This document shows, piece by piece, positions 8,851 to 19,057 of a stretch of DNA of 64,000 bases. Origin of the DNA: Nanobdellota archaeon (GTDB taxonomy: Archaea; Nanobdellota; Nanobdellia; Woesearchaeales; UBA10107); assembly GCA_042571125.1 (NCBI GenBank), contig JBHPFU010000001.1, positions 193,225 to 257,224 of the forward strand, in the 5' to 3' direction. The translations under genes and the position numbers were made by a program. The notes under the pieces were generated by a model. That model did not search any database. It was not told the DNA's origin and saw nothing but the letters and a program-made list of their open reading frames with translations. Position 1 is the stretch's first letter, and the number at the start of each line of letters is the position of its first letter.

Positions 8851-9609
8851 ATGAAAGATAGTTTAAAAGAGCTTACAGGGCATAAAAACCTAGTTTTGAC
8901 AGATTCTGGAGATTCTGCTATTGAGAAAGCTTTTGGGATAGCAAAAAAACAAGGAAGAGCCTTGTTGATAGCTGACCAAGGCGGATGGTTTAGCTATAAG
9001 AAATTACCAAAAAAGCTTGATTTAGAAGTTAGGGAAATAAAAACAGATTATGGTTTGGTTGATTTTAATTCGTTAAAAAAAGAAAAAGATTGTGCATTGA
9101 TATTAACCAGCTTTGCAGGATATTTTGCAGAGCAGGATACAGAGGAGATTTCTTCTATTTGCAAACAGAACAATATTCTATTTATTGAAGATATTACTGG
9201 AATTATTGGATATAAAAAGATTTATGGGGATATTGCGGTCTGTTCATTTGCGAAATGGAAACCGATTAATTTTGGTTCCGGAGGGTTTATCTCTTCTAAT
9301 CAGGAATTAGATTTTGAGGATGAGTTCGATTTTGATGAAAAATTAGCAGATAAAATAAAAGATCTGCCAAACAGGTATAAACTATTCTTTGAAAATGTTG
9401 AAAAAATAAAAAAAGATTTGTCTGATTTTGAAATTCTGCATAAAGATAAGAAAGGGCTTAATGTTGTTGTTAAATTCAGTTCAGAAGAAGAAAAAAGCGA
9501 AATTATTAAATACTGCGAAAAGAACAATTATGAATGGGTTTTATGCCCTAATTACGTTAAAGTTAATACAGACGCAATTTCAATCGAGGTGAAAAGAATT
9601 GGTAACTGA
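8851..9609 (+). CDS. Hypothetical protein, possibly a short PLP-dependent (DegT/DnrJ/EryC1-like, fold type I) enzyme
   Basis: DSGDSAIE...ILFIEDITG...SFAKWKPINFGSGG resembles the SxHxxK...GEGG lysine region of DegT-type aminotransferases. At 252 aa the protein is much shorter than the family norm, so the call is weak. Confidence 0.4.
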   Translation: MKDSLKELTGHKNLVLTDSGDSAIEKAFGIAKKQGRALLIADQGGWFSYKKLPKKLDLEVREIKTDYGLVDFNSLKKEKDCALILTSFAGYFAEQDTEEISSICKQNNILFIEDITGIIGYKKIYGDIAVCSFAKWKPINFGSGGFISSNQELDFEDEFDFDEKLADKIKDLPNRYKLFFENVEKIKKDLSDFEILHKDKKGLNVVVKFSSEEEKSEIIKYCEKNNYEWVLCPNYVKVNTDAISIEVKRIGN

Positions 9610-9619
9610 ACCAGAATCA

Positions 9620-9994
9620 ATGGGCAATCTAATTTACATGACTAGAAGAGCAGATGATAAACTTAAAATTATGGCTTGGGTTTACAAAAAGAAATGTCCT
9701 GAATGTGATGGATCGATGAGTAAACCTAAAGACGAAAAAACAGGAAGACCGAAGATAAGAGCAACAGAGTATGTTTGTGGGAAATGCGGATACTCAGAAG
9801 AGAAAAAAGCCCATGAAGAATCATTAACTTTAGAAGCAAAATATACTTGTCCGCACTGCGGCAAAGAAGGAACAGGAGAAACACAATACAAAAGAAAAAC
9901 AATTGATGGAGTTCCATCTTACCTTATTCTTTGCGAACATTGTGGCGGAAAAATACCCGTAACTAAAAAAATGAAAGAGGCGAAAAAGAAGTGA
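9620..9994 (+). CDS. Tandem zinc-ribbon protein (four CxxC pairs)
   Basis: CPECDG..CGKCGY and CPHCGK..CEHCGG. The track start at 9599 is a TTG; the first ATG is at 9620 (MGNLIYMTRR). The stop overlaps the GTG start of metG (GTGA at 9991-9994). Confidence 0.65.
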   Translation: MGNLIYMTRRADDKLKIMAWVYKKKCPECDGSMSKPKDEKTGRPKIRATEYVCGKCGYSEEKKAHEESLTLEAKYTCPHCGKEGTGETQYKRKTIDGVPSYLILCEHCGGKIPVTKKMKEAKKK

Positions 9995-11922
9995 GTAAGT
10001 TCTACATAACAACCGCGATTGATTATCCAAGTGCAGCTCCGCACATGGGTCATGCGTATGAAAAAATTGTGACTGATGTTTATGCTAGATGGCATCGTTT
10101 AAAGAATGACGATGTTTTTTTCTTGACAGGAACAGATGAGCACGGACAGAAATTGCAAAGTGCGGCAGAAAAGGCAGGACTTGAACCAAAAGAATTTGTT
10201 GAGAAACAATCCGAGAAATTCAAAAAATTCTGCGAATTGTTAAATATTTCAAATGATGATTTCATAAAAACTTCTGAAACCAGGCACGAAATGGTCGCTG
10301 TTGAGATTTTTAAAAAAGTATTCGCAAAAGGAGATATTTATCTGGATGAATACGAAGGATTGTACTGTACCGAATGTGAAACTTTTTACTTAGAAAAAGA
10401 TTTAGTCGATGGAAAGTGCCCGATTCATGGCATTGAAGCTAAACAAGTCAAAGAACCTTCTTATTTTTTTAAACTAAGTAAGTATCAGGATCAATTATTA
10501 GAATTTATTAAGAAAAATAAAAATTTTATTCATCCTAAATCAAGATATAATGAGATATTATCAAGATTGAAAGAACCTTTGAAAGACTTATCTGTTTCAA
10601 GATCAACATTCAAATGGGGGATTCCTCTGCCAAATGATCCAGAACACATAATCTATGTTTGGTTCGATGCATTAATTAATTATCTTTCTGGGATTGAATA
10701 CGGCAAAGATAAATTCAGGAAATATTGGCCTGCAGACATACATGTAATTGGTAAAGACATAGCCTGGTTTCATACTGTAATCTGGCCGTGTATGCTTTTT
10801 GCAGCAGGCATAGAGCCCCCTAAACAAGTCTATGTTCACGGTTTTATCAATGATGAGCATGGCGAAAAGATGTCCAAGGCAAAAGGAAATGTTATAGATC
10901 CTTTAGAGGTTATTAAAAAGTATGGCTCAGATGTTCTGAAATATTTTATGATAAGATCTATTCCGTCTGGCTCAGATGGAAATTTCTCTGAAAAACAACT
11001 TGTTGAAAGATATAACACCGAACTTGCAAATGATCTTGGAAACTTGATTTCAAGAGCAACAAAAATTGTTGAAAAATTCGGAGAATTAAAAAATGAAAAC
11101 TTTAAGCAAGATTTATTTTTTGATGAACAGATTGATTCTGCAGATAAATTAATGGGTTTTTTAGAGCATAACAAATCGCTTGATGAAATCTGGAAAATTG
11201 TTAATAAAATAAATGCGTATATGAATGAAAAAGCACCTTGGAAGATTCAGGACGAGAAAGAATTGAAAGAGGTTATGTATAATGTTCTAGAGTCAATAAG
11301 AATTGTTAATATTTTACTTAGTGCGTTTATTCCTAAAACAACAGAAAAAATAAGAAATCAACTAGGATTAACAGAACAGACGTTTAAAGAAATTTCATTT
11401 GGGATTGGCTCGTTTAAGATTGGAGAACGAGAAACCCTATTCCCAAAAATAGAATACCAAGAAAAAGAATTATTTCCATTAGATCTAAGAGTTGGGAAAG
11501 TTTTATCTGTTGAAGAACATCCTGCTGCTGATCGATTGTACATTTTAAAAGTTGATGTTGGCGAAGAAAGACAATTAGTTGCAGGATTAAGAGAGCACTT
11601 AACGCCTGAAGAACTGATCGGAAAGAATATTGTGGTGCTTTATAACTTAAAACCTGCGAAGTTAAGAGGATACGAATCAAAGGGAATGGTTTTGGCTGCA
11701 CAAAAAGGAGACAAGTTAGTTGTTTTAACTGCAAATGATTCGCCTGGATCAAAAGTTTCTGTTGATGGTTACGAAACAAAAGAATCAAGAATTGAATTCA
11801 AAGATTTTGAAAAAGTTAAGCTTCAAGTTCTTGGTAAAAAGGTTTTATTTGATAACAAAGTTCTAGCAACTTCTAAAGTCGAGATTGAAGCAGACATTGA
11901 AGACGGTGCTCAGATAAGTTAA
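9991..11922 (+). CDS. metG: Methionyl-tRNA synthetase with C-terminal Trbp111/EMAPII-like tRNA-binding domain
   Basis: HIGH-type motif (PHMGHAYE), KMSKAKG (KMSKS), a zinc knuckle CTECE..CPIHG, and a C-terminal LDLRVGKVLSVEEHPAADRLYILKVDVG OB-fold. GTG start. Confidence 0.95.
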   Translation: MSKFYITTAIDYPSAAPHMGHAYEKIVTDVYARWHRLKNDDVFFLTGTDEHGQKLQSAAEKAGLEPKEFVEKQSEKFKKFCELLNISNDDFIKTSETRHEMVAVEIFKKVFAKGDIYLDEYEGLYCTECETFYLEKDLVDGKCPIHGIEAKQVKEPSYFFKLSKYQDQLLEFIKKNKNFIHPKSRYNEILSRLKEPLKDLSVSRSTFKWGIPLPNDPEHIIYVWFDALINYLSGIEYGKDKFRKYWPADIHVIGKDIAWFHTVIWPCMLFAAGIEPPKQVYVHGFINDEHGEKMSKAKGNVIDPLEVIKKYGSDVLKYFMIRSIPSGSDGNFSEKQLVERYNTELANDLGNLISRATKIVEKFGELKNENFKQDLFFDEQIDSADKLMGFLEHNKSLDEIWKIVNKINAYMNEKAPWKIQDEKELKEVMYNVLESIRIVNILLSAFIPKTTEKIRNQLGLTEQTFKEISFGIGSFKIGERETLFPKIEYQEKELFPLDLRVGKVLSVEEHPAADRLYILKVDVGEERQLVAGLREHLTPEELIGKNIVVLYNLKPAKLRGYESKGMVLAAQKGDKLVVLTANDSPGSKVSVDGYETKESRIEFKDFEKVKLQVLGKKVLFDNKVLATSKVEIEADIEDGAQIS

Positions 11923-11964
11923 ACGTAGAAAAGTTAATAAACTCTAATCTATTCTGGTTATTAT

Positions 11965-13077
11965 ATGGCTAAAGCCTATAGCTTACTCAAACAAGAAGAA
12001 GAGCTAGTCCGCAGAAAATACCAATTAATGAAAGTAATTCTCAAAGAAAAGAATCCCAAAAGAAAACAAAAAGCGCACTCTTTAGTTCTACAGATTATCA
12101 AAAGACAACAGGGAATAGAGAAACAAGAAATTGAAAAAGACCCCAAACTTAAGAATATTGCCCCTAAAAGAGAAAAATTACTAACCCAACAGAAAAATCT
12201 TATTCAATCCAATCAAATAAAAAACACAGAAGATAAAATTAAAGAAGAACTTCATCTTATTGAAAATCTAGAGGACTATGAAAAGAAAAAAGAGAAAGGA
12301 AAAGCCCCGGAAAAGGTTCCAGGAAAAGGATTACGATTTCCAAAACCAGTGCTTGTTGGTATTGCAGTATTTTTAATAATTGTTCTGTTTTTCGCGTTCA
12401 AACCGGGAGATCTAATGGCAGGAGTATTGGGTGAAGATATAGTAAAAGCAAAATTTAATGCTCTTGAACGAACATATATCGCAGCAGGTAAAATGCCGCA
12501 CACACAAGCATATGTAAGTACCCTTGCCGAAGCACTATCCGCAAAGACTGGCAGAGCTATCACCGCAGCAATGCTGCTTGATGATGATAATGAGAATTTT
12601 GAATTTACAGGCATAAAAATAGACGAATCAGACGACTTTAATCCGACTGCAACTCTTTACTTTAAGACTACTTCTGGAAAAGAAACAGAAGTTGGTCCAG
12701 TTAGTGCTGAAGATGAAGGTGCGTTTTACATAAGAGATGAAATAGAAAGCATGAAAGAGAATATAGGAGAAGGGCTTTCCGTTGCAAAGAAATCTAATGC
12801 CGTTTCAAACAAAAAAGGAAAACTCATCGATGCATTAGATAGGCAAGCCAAAGGACAGCTCGTTATGAGACCATCACTTGAAACCCAAATGAAATTTGCA
12901 TCCGAACAAGAAATGAGACAGGTTTTAGAATCAATAACAAAGATAACAATTGAATATGACCCTGCATCTGCTTGGGACGTAGGAACCGGAGAAGACTTTA
13001 AAATTACATATTATTTAAAAGACGGAAAAACACTAGTTAAGTATGTAGATGAGTTCCCTCTTTCTGTTTTGGTTTAA
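11965..13077 (+). CDS. Single-pass membrane protein: Lys/Glu-rich N-terminal region of about 135 aa, one TM, C-terminal domain of about 210 aa
   Basis: TM segment PVLVGIAVFLIIVLFFAF. A TATA-like GTTAATAAA lies about 30 nt upstream. It is the first gene of the surface-protein block. No family recognised. Confidence 0.65.
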   Translation: MAKAYSLLKQEEELVRRKYQLMKVILKEKNPKRKQKAHSLVLQIIKRQQGIEKQEIEKDPKLKNIAPKREKLLTQQKNLIQSNQIKNTEDKIKEELHLIENLEDYEKKKEKGKAPEKVPGKGLRFPKPVLVGIAVFLIIVLFFAFKPGDLMAGVLGEDIVKAKFNALERTYIAAGKMPHTQAYVSTLAEALSAKTGRAITAAMLLDDDNENFEFTGIKIDESDDFNPTATLYFKTTSGKETEVGPVSAEDEGAFYIRDEIESMKENIGEGLSVAKKSNAVSNKKGKLIDALDRQAKGQLVMRPSLETQMKFASEQEMRQVLESITKITIEYDPASAWDVGTGEDFKITYYLKDGKTLVKYVDEFPLSVLV

Positions 13078-13141
13078 TATTCTTCTACAGCCCCTAAAAC
13101 ATCATAAAATATATAAATAAAGCTTACAAATTCTATATATA

Positions 13142-13915
13142 ATGACTAAAAAGAGGAAGGGTTCTGTTAGGGGTAAAACTACTGGGCAGAAGCGACATAA
13201 AAAAGAGGGCTTGCCACCCGGAATAAAGGTGCTGATTACATACGCATCTGTTGTTTCTTTATTCTATTTAATCTACTTATTTGTTGGAATCCAAAAACCA
13301 ATTTCAATATTTTTTGGTAATCTAATAACTGGTGCCGGCGCAATGCTTATTGATGTTATTTCTGTTGTTTTACTAGGTTTAATCATTTTTGGATTGGCAA
13401 AAAAGAAGTATTGGGTTTTCTGGCTTTCTTTGGGTTGGTTTGCTTATGGTGTTATTAATGCAATTGTTTCAGCCTTCATGATTCAAACTCAGTTTTTAAT
13501 TTTAAAAAATATGATGTTGCTAAGCGCAGTATCTGTCTTATTGCTTAATGGATTAATTGTTTGGTATATTTATTCTGAAAAAGAATTTTTCAAAACAAAA
13601 CATCTGAATAAAGTTACAAGAGCAAAAGACCATATGTTTGTTTATATTATCGCTTCTGTTTTGATAATTTCAATTTTGCTTACTTTAACAATCGGTGTTA
13701 ACTTTTACAAAACAACAGTAAAAACAGCAAACAGCATTATCGAAGAATTTACTCTTGTTGGAGCATCAGAATTTGTTTGCGATCAAAAGATTGGAGAAGA
13801 ACGAGATATATGTTATGTTGTTCTTGCTGTTACGCTAAATGAAACAGATGGAGAGATGTGCGAGAGTGTAGAATCTGATTTTTACAAATTAACTTGCTAT
13901 AGGGCGATATCATGA
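13142..13915 (+). CDS. Polytopic membrane protein with a Cys-containing C-terminal tail
   Basis: Basic N-terminus, at least 5 hydrophobic helices, and a C-terminal EFVCDQ..DICYVV..EMCESV..LTCYRAIS. The stop overlaps the start of the next gene (ATGA at 13912-13915). Confidence 0.65.
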   Translation: MTKKRKGSVRGKTTGQKRHKKEGLPPGIKVLITYASVVSLFYLIYLFVGIQKPISIFFGNLITGAGAMLIDVISVVLLGLIIFGLAKKKYWVFWLSLGWFAYGVINAIVSAFMIQTQFLILKNMMLLSAVSVLLLNGLIVWYIYSEKEFFKTKHLNKVTRAKDHMFVYIIASVLIISILLTLTIGVNFYKTTVKTANSIIEEFTLVGASEFVCDQKIGEERDICYVVLAVTLNETDGEMCESVESDFYKLTCYRAIS

Positions 13916-16062
13916 TGAATAAGAAAGCACAGGTAACAGTATTCATTATTCTAGGTATTGTGCTATTGTTCTCATCAGCTTTTGTGTTCTACATTAAAGA
14001 ACAAGTTACAGAATCCAAACCTGCCATAGGATTAGTAGAAGATGTTCCTTTAGAGATTCAACCTGTGCAGATGTTTGTTACAGATTGTTTAAAGAGAACC
14101 GCGGTTGAAGGTTTGAATAAAGCGGGATTACAGGGAGGATACATTGATACAAGTCAATTGAAAATACTTCCAAATCCAACAGAGAGCGAAGGAGTTGAAT
14201 TTTCTCCTGGAGGAATAAGAGTTCCTTATTGGCACTATATGAGTGGAAGAAATGATTGCGAAGGGAACTGTCAATTAGGTTCTAAACTTCTTCCTTTGAA
14301 AGGGGAACTAGGCAAAACAGTAGAAACAGAACTTGGAACATATGTTGACGAAAGATTAGAATTATGTGCTAATCTTGCTTCATTCGAAGATCAAGGATTT
14401 GAGATTAGGACTGGAGATTCAAAAACAAAGGTTATTGTTGGTGCTAACGATGTACATTTCCAGACAGAATATCCAATTACACTCACAAAAGCAGGAGTTG
14501 TCTCTGAAATGTCAAGTTTCTATACTAAAGTTGATGTAAGTCTTAGTAAGTTCTATGATCTTGCAAGGGATATAACCGAAAACGAGCTTGAAACGAGCTT
14601 TTTAGAATTCCAGTTAATTAATTTAATAAGCAGTTATGCAAGACCTGACGAGACTAAGCTTCCACCGATAGCTCATACTGGCTTCAGTTCATCGCCAGTT
14701 TATTGGGTGAAGAAAAACGTTGAAGATAAACTAAAGGAAATATTATCTATGTATGTTCCAGCACTACAAACTTCAAATACTTTAAACTTTAAAGGAAACC
14801 TGTATACTGGGGAAAGTTCATTAGGTGAAGGAATTTATAGTAACTTTATTGTGCCTATAGGCCGAGACTATCCATTAGAATCAAGCTTTATTTATCTGGA
14901 CTGGCCGATTTATTTTGATATAAGCCCGATGGACGGAGCGCTTATAAAACCAACAGAAATATCTGTTCCTCTTGTAAGTTCACTGCTCCCTATCCCTCCG
15001 TTACAAAAATATCAATTCCTTTATGACGTTTCATACCCTGTTGTTATTGAACTTTACGATCCTAACGCAATGGAAGGTGATGGTTTCACATTCCAATTCG
15101 CTCTGGAAACAAACCTAAGAAATAATGCTCCATTCAACACTTCTGCGGTTAAAGTTAGATCAATGGGTGGAAGCACAATGGTCTGTGATTCTGATAAAAG
15201 AAATTCTGGAGAAGTAACAGTAACTGTTACAGATTCGATAACTGGAGAACCTATTCCAGAGGTTGCAGTTTATTCTTCATTCGGAGCTGAAACTTGCTTG
15301 ATTGGATATACAAAATTAGAAAATGGTACTGCTGTGCTGAAATCAAACATGCCTGTAGGTATTGGTGCGATAGTAGTATCTAAATCCGGATACGTAACCT
15401 CAGTACAAAGACATGGAACAAAAGTTGGACGCGATGATTCATTATCTTTTGTAATGCATCCTATTATTGAAAAAAATATAACTGTATCTAAAAAACAGGT
15501 CATAAAACAAATGAATGGAAACTTTTTGTTTAATCCTACTGCGAGACCATTGTCAGCAACAGATGGAGTTATTCTAACTTTAACAAGATTAAAACAAATT
15601 GAAGCAGAAACAAATGTTGTTGAATCAGTAGAGATAATCGGCAATCAAAGCGGAGCTACAATGAGGCTCGCGCCAGGAACTTATGAAGTTGATGCAAGTT
15701 TAATAACACATGAGAGAACAGTGATTCCACAAGATGAAGTGTGTTATAAAGACGATTGGTACGATTCTATTGGACTTGGTGATGAAGAATGCCAAACAAT
15801 TCAAGAAGTTGTATTTGATGAATCGTTCCCTCACGGAGGATTAATTCTTGACTCAAGATCAGGTTACTTTGTGATTCCTCCGCAAGCCTTAGTAGACAGC
15901 AAACAAATAGAGTTTTATGTAATCGAAGCACCCGCAGGATACATACGAAACCCGCTTGGCGTAACAAATCTAAAACATGAAGATCTAGAAGAAATAAATA
16001 ATATTGAAGAATATTCGCGTCAGAACAGAGGTCACCTAGAACCGAGGTTCATAAATGAATAA
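13912..16062 (+). CDS. Large (716 aa) protein with class III (archaeal type IV pilin-like) signal peptide; cassette A
   Basis: N-terminus MMNKKA|QVTVFIILGIVLLFSSAFVFY: short basic stretch, small residue, Gln at +1, then a hydrophobic helix. Clear paralog of the 23727-25577 product. Confidence 0.55.
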   Translation: MMNKKAQVTVFIILGIVLLFSSAFVFYIKEQVTESKPAIGLVEDVPLEIQPVQMFVTDCLKRTAVEGLNKAGLQGGYIDTSQLKILPNPTESEGVEFSPGGIRVPYWHYMSGRNDCEGNCQLGSKLLPLKGELGKTVETELGTYVDERLELCANLASFEDQGFEIRTGDSKTKVIVGANDVHFQTEYPITLTKAGVVSEMSSFYTKVDVSLSKFYDLARDITENELETSFLEFQLINLISSYARPDETKLPPIAHTGFSSSPVYWVKKNVEDKLKEILSMYVPALQTSNTLNFKGNLYTGESSLGEGIYSNFIVPIGRDYPLESSFIYLDWPIYFDISPMDGALIKPTEISVPLVSSLLPIPPLQKYQFLYDVSYPVVIELYDPNAMEGDGFTFQFALETNLRNNAPFNTSAVKVRSMGGSTMVCDSDKRNSGEVTVTVTDSITGEPIPEVAVYSSFGAETCLIGYTKLENGTAVLKSNMPVGIGAIVVSKSGYVTSVQRHGTKVGRDDSLSFVMHPIIEKNITVSKKQVIKQMNGNFLFNPTARPLSATDGVILTLTRLKQIEAETNVVESVEIIGNQSGATMRLAPGTYEVDASLITHERTVIPQDEVCYKDDWYDSIGLGDEECQTIQEVVFDESFPHGGLILDSRSGYFVIPPQALVDSKQIEFYVIEAPAGYIRNPLGVTNLKHEDLEEINNIEEYSRQNRGHLEPRFINE

Positions 16063-19057
16063 ATTGAGATTGATTGCAACATTCATGATTTTCCTAGTCT
16101 TATCTTTACCAGTTTATGCTTCAATAAGTCTTAGAACTTATAACAGCGACGGAGTTGAAGGATTCAGACGTGAAACAGGAGATACAATAACTGTTGAGGC
16201 AACAATTGATCAACAGAGTATTGCACCATCACAAGTTAGATTGGCTAATTATCAGTTTGATAATTGTACAACAGTCGGTTCAAATTCAGTTTGTACATTC
16301 ACTTCTCCAAACAATGTTTATGGTGGAGAATATTCTTTTGAAGTTACTCATGCAGGCGAATCAGCAGACGGTTCATTTATTTCTGACGATACACCTCCAG
16401 ATGTACAAGCTGTAAACGTCCATCAGCAAACAGACGGAGTCTATGTTAAGTATAAAATATTTGAACACGCATATAGTTCTGTTTGTGGCAGATTAGATCG
16501 TATTGAATATACTGTTGATGGCCAAACCATTGATACAAAAACTCAAGGATTAGAATTAAAACATAATTGCAAATTTCCTTTAAATGATTCTAACCCTAAA
16601 GGAGAAGATGAACACCGTTTAACAATTCCGAGTACAGGTCTAAAAGAGATATGTGTTGTTGCATATGATGTTGTTGGGAATAGCGGAGAATTATGTAAAG
16701 ATTTTTATGTTGATCATTCTGCTCCTGTTGCTTCTAATTTAGAGATTCATGATTCAAACGGTTTGTTAAAATACATCGCACCAAAAAGAGGAACGATAAT
16801 GGTGGATGTAAAATTCACAGTCAAAGAAGAATATCTGAAAGTGATTACTGGCGATCTTTCTGACTTAACTGAAGTTTCTGCGCTTAAATCAGGATTAAGA
16901 AATTTGGAACCTACATGCTATCCTCAAAACTGTTCAGGAACATGTGCTTGCGAATTTAAGAATGTTCCAATGCAAAGACCTTCTGCAGGAACAGTTAATA
17001 TTAATTTACATATGGAAGATGATTCTGAAAATAAAGTCGATCAAGTACCTTCTTACACATTTATCCTTGATGATGTTGCTCCGCAGGTAAAATCTGTTGA
17101 GACTATTGTTTTCCAAGGAACAAATTATGTTAATCAGCCATACAATGTTGTAAGAGTAACATTAGAAGAAGCTGGATCTGGATTTAATCAGCAAAAAGTA
17201 TTTTTAGACTTATCCCCATTTATGACTGGAGATAGGGAGAGAGTTTACCCAACTGAATGCAATCAGCAAGGAGCAGAATGGGTTTGTGAATGGCGCGGTG
17301 TTACTGCATATGAACTAACAGAGAATCTACAAAAAACACCGCTTACATTAGCGTATCCTTCACAAGACGATGCAGGAAATATGGTTGAAGGTGGGGATAG
17401 CTCTGTTACTTTAGATAAAGAATATCCTGTAGTCGATAGTTATAATGTAAGAGCGGTTGGAGCACTAGGAGAATTCCCTTCACAGTATCCAAAATCTGGA
17501 GACACTATTGTTGTGATTGTAAAAGCAGAAGATACACTGCCTGTTACAGCTTATGCTGATTTCTCACAAGTTGCGCAAGTTAGAGGATATCACAAAACAG
17601 ATTGTACTTATGAAAATCAAGTTTCAACATGTACTTGGGAACGAGTTGGTCCATTGTATAGCGGACCTTTGTTCAATCAACCAGTTAATTTAGTATTAGT
17701 CGATTTGGTAGGTAATAATAACAGTGAACAGATTTATATTAATATTTCTGGTGTTGAAGGACAAGTTTCTGATTACTGGTCAATAAATTCAGGCGATCCA
17801 AGTCCAGCAAGGATTGATAAGCAAGTATTGAATTTCGTTCCATTCAAAGTTTATTTCCCAACTAATCTATCTGGACCTCCAAGCGTTGAACCAATATCTG
17901 TAAAACTTGTTGATTGTGATGGTGAAACAGGATTCCTTGATTTAAACAGAGATGATCTGGCATTGCCTGACTTACTTGGTGCTCCTGGAAAACAATTCTA
18001 TACGAAATTCAATCTAAGAGAAGGCACAGCTCCGACAACCTCTACTTTAACTTTTAATTGTACTTTCAGAATAATATCCAGAACAGATTTTGGTTATATT
18101 TCTCAGCCAGAAATAGATTCTGAAGAATTTACAATAAACTTCTATAACTCAGAATTAGGAACAATTGATGATGAGATTCAAGAAAAAATTGATGAAGAAA
18201 AAGATAGTTGGTTAGTTAAGGGAGGCTGGATAACATCAATCAATAAAGTAATTGAATACATAAAAAAATCCTGTCAGGTAATTCAAATGTTTGATAATGT
18301 TCGAAGCATAATCAGAGGGATAGATTCTATATTGGATCCACTTAGAGCAACTCCTGCTGAAAGAGTAGCCAAAGTCTTTAGTTTTCTCGATTCAAAGACA
18401 GGAAAAGTATTTGAAAAAATATATAATAAATTAGGTGAAACTTGTTATTTTATATCTTGCAGCACAAAATCAAAATATTATCCTGGTGCAAAAATTAAAG
18501 AGTGGTTTGCTAAGTGGCAAGGTTTACCTTTAGCAAAAGCTTTTGGTCTTAAAAAAGCAAGTGTTGATGATTTTGTTAAACCAGAAGATAGCATAATAAT
18601 CAGTTTAGCAACAATTTGCCTTCCAGGAGTATTCTATAATTTAAATAAGTACAGACAAGTAGAATGTGCGCATATTTACTGCATGGAATCTCAGATTCCT
18701 GCAGGTCTTCCTGCATACTATTGTGATAGGTTAAAAGCAACACAGATGTGTAAATACTTTTACGGAGAGATATTCCAATTAATTCCTATTGCACAGTTTG
18801 TTGATTATGTGTTTAATTTTATTAAAGATGCTATACGAGATCCAATCATCCTTTTAGGTATTGGATGGGCGTATCTTTGTGATCACCTCAGGGAAGGAAG
18901 CGGAATTGCTACAGCATTATGTTTAAAACCAAAAGATCTTGCGAAAGCTGCACAAGCAATTGACGCATTATTTGTTTCAAAAACATGGAAATCGATTAAA
19001 TTTGGAAGTGTTGATTATTGTAAATTAATTGAGGAATCTGAAGAGGGCGAAGAATAA
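16055..19057 (+). CDS. Secreted 1000-aa protein: Sec signal peptide, repeated Ig-like modules, Cys-rich hydrophobic C-terminal domain; cassette A
   Basis: Signal peptide MNKLRLIATFMIFLVLSLPVYAS. Module boundaries recur as DDTPPDV, VDHSAPVA, LDDVAPQV, LDKEYPVV. The C-terminal 300 aa are Cys-rich (CYFISC, ICLPGVFYNLNKYRQVECAHIYC, YYCDRLKATQMCKYFYG) and share motifs with the middle of the 1628-aa protein. Confidence 0.6.
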   Translation: MNKLRLIATFMIFLVLSLPVYASISLRTYNSDGVEGFRRETGDTITVEATIDQQSIAPSQVRLANYQFDNCTTVGSNSVCTFTSPNNVYGGEYSFEVTHAGESADGSFISDDTPPDVQAVNVHQQTDGVYVKYKIFEHAYSSVCGRLDRIEYTVDGQTIDTKTQGLELKHNCKFPLNDSNPKGEDEHRLTIPSTGLKEICVVAYDVVGNSGELCKDFYVDHSAPVASNLEIHDSNGLLKYIAPKRGTIMVDVKFTVKEEYLKVITGDLSDLTEVSALKSGLRNLEPTCYPQNCSGTCACEFKNVPMQRPSAGTVNINLHMEDDSENKVDQVPSYTFILDDVAPQVKSVETIVFQGTNYVNQPYNVVRVTLEEAGSGFNQQKVFLDLSPFMTGDRERVYPTECNQQGAEWVCEWRGVTAYELTENLQKTPLTLAYPSQDDAGNMVEGGDSSVTLDKEYPVVDSYNVRAVGALGEFPSQYPKSGDTIVVIVKAEDTLPVTAYADFSQVAQVRGYHKTDCTYENQVSTCTWERVGPLYSGPLFNQPVNLVLVDLVGNNNSEQIYINISGVEGQVSDYWSINSGDPSPARIDKQVLNFVPFKVYFPTNLSGPPSVEPISVKLVDCDGETGFLDLNRDDLALPDLLGAPGKQFYTKFNLREGTAPTTSTLTFNCTFRIISRTDFGYISQPEIDSEEFTINFYNSELGTIDDEIQEKIDEEKDSWLVKGGWITSINKVIEYIKKSCQVIQMFDNVRSIIRGIDSILDPLRATPAERVAKVFSFLDSKTGKVFEKIYNKLGETCYFISCSTKSKYYPGAKIKEWFAKWQGLPLAKAFGLKKASVDDFVKPEDSIIISLATICLPGVFYNLNKYRQVECAHIYCMESQIPAGLPAYYCDRLKATQMCKYFYGEIFQLIPIAQFVDYVFNFIKDAIRDPIILLGIGWAYLCDHLREGSGIATALCLKPKDLAKAAQAIDALFVSKTWKSIKFGSVDYCKLIEESEEGEE

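Noticed and set aside
13142-13915. Whether one of the polytopic membrane proteins (13142-13915, 22970-23707, 32874-33704) is the missing prepilin peptidase
   Set aside because: I could not find the paired catalytic Asp motifs (including GxGD-like) expected of PibD/FlaK/EppA-type aspartic peptidases in any of them.
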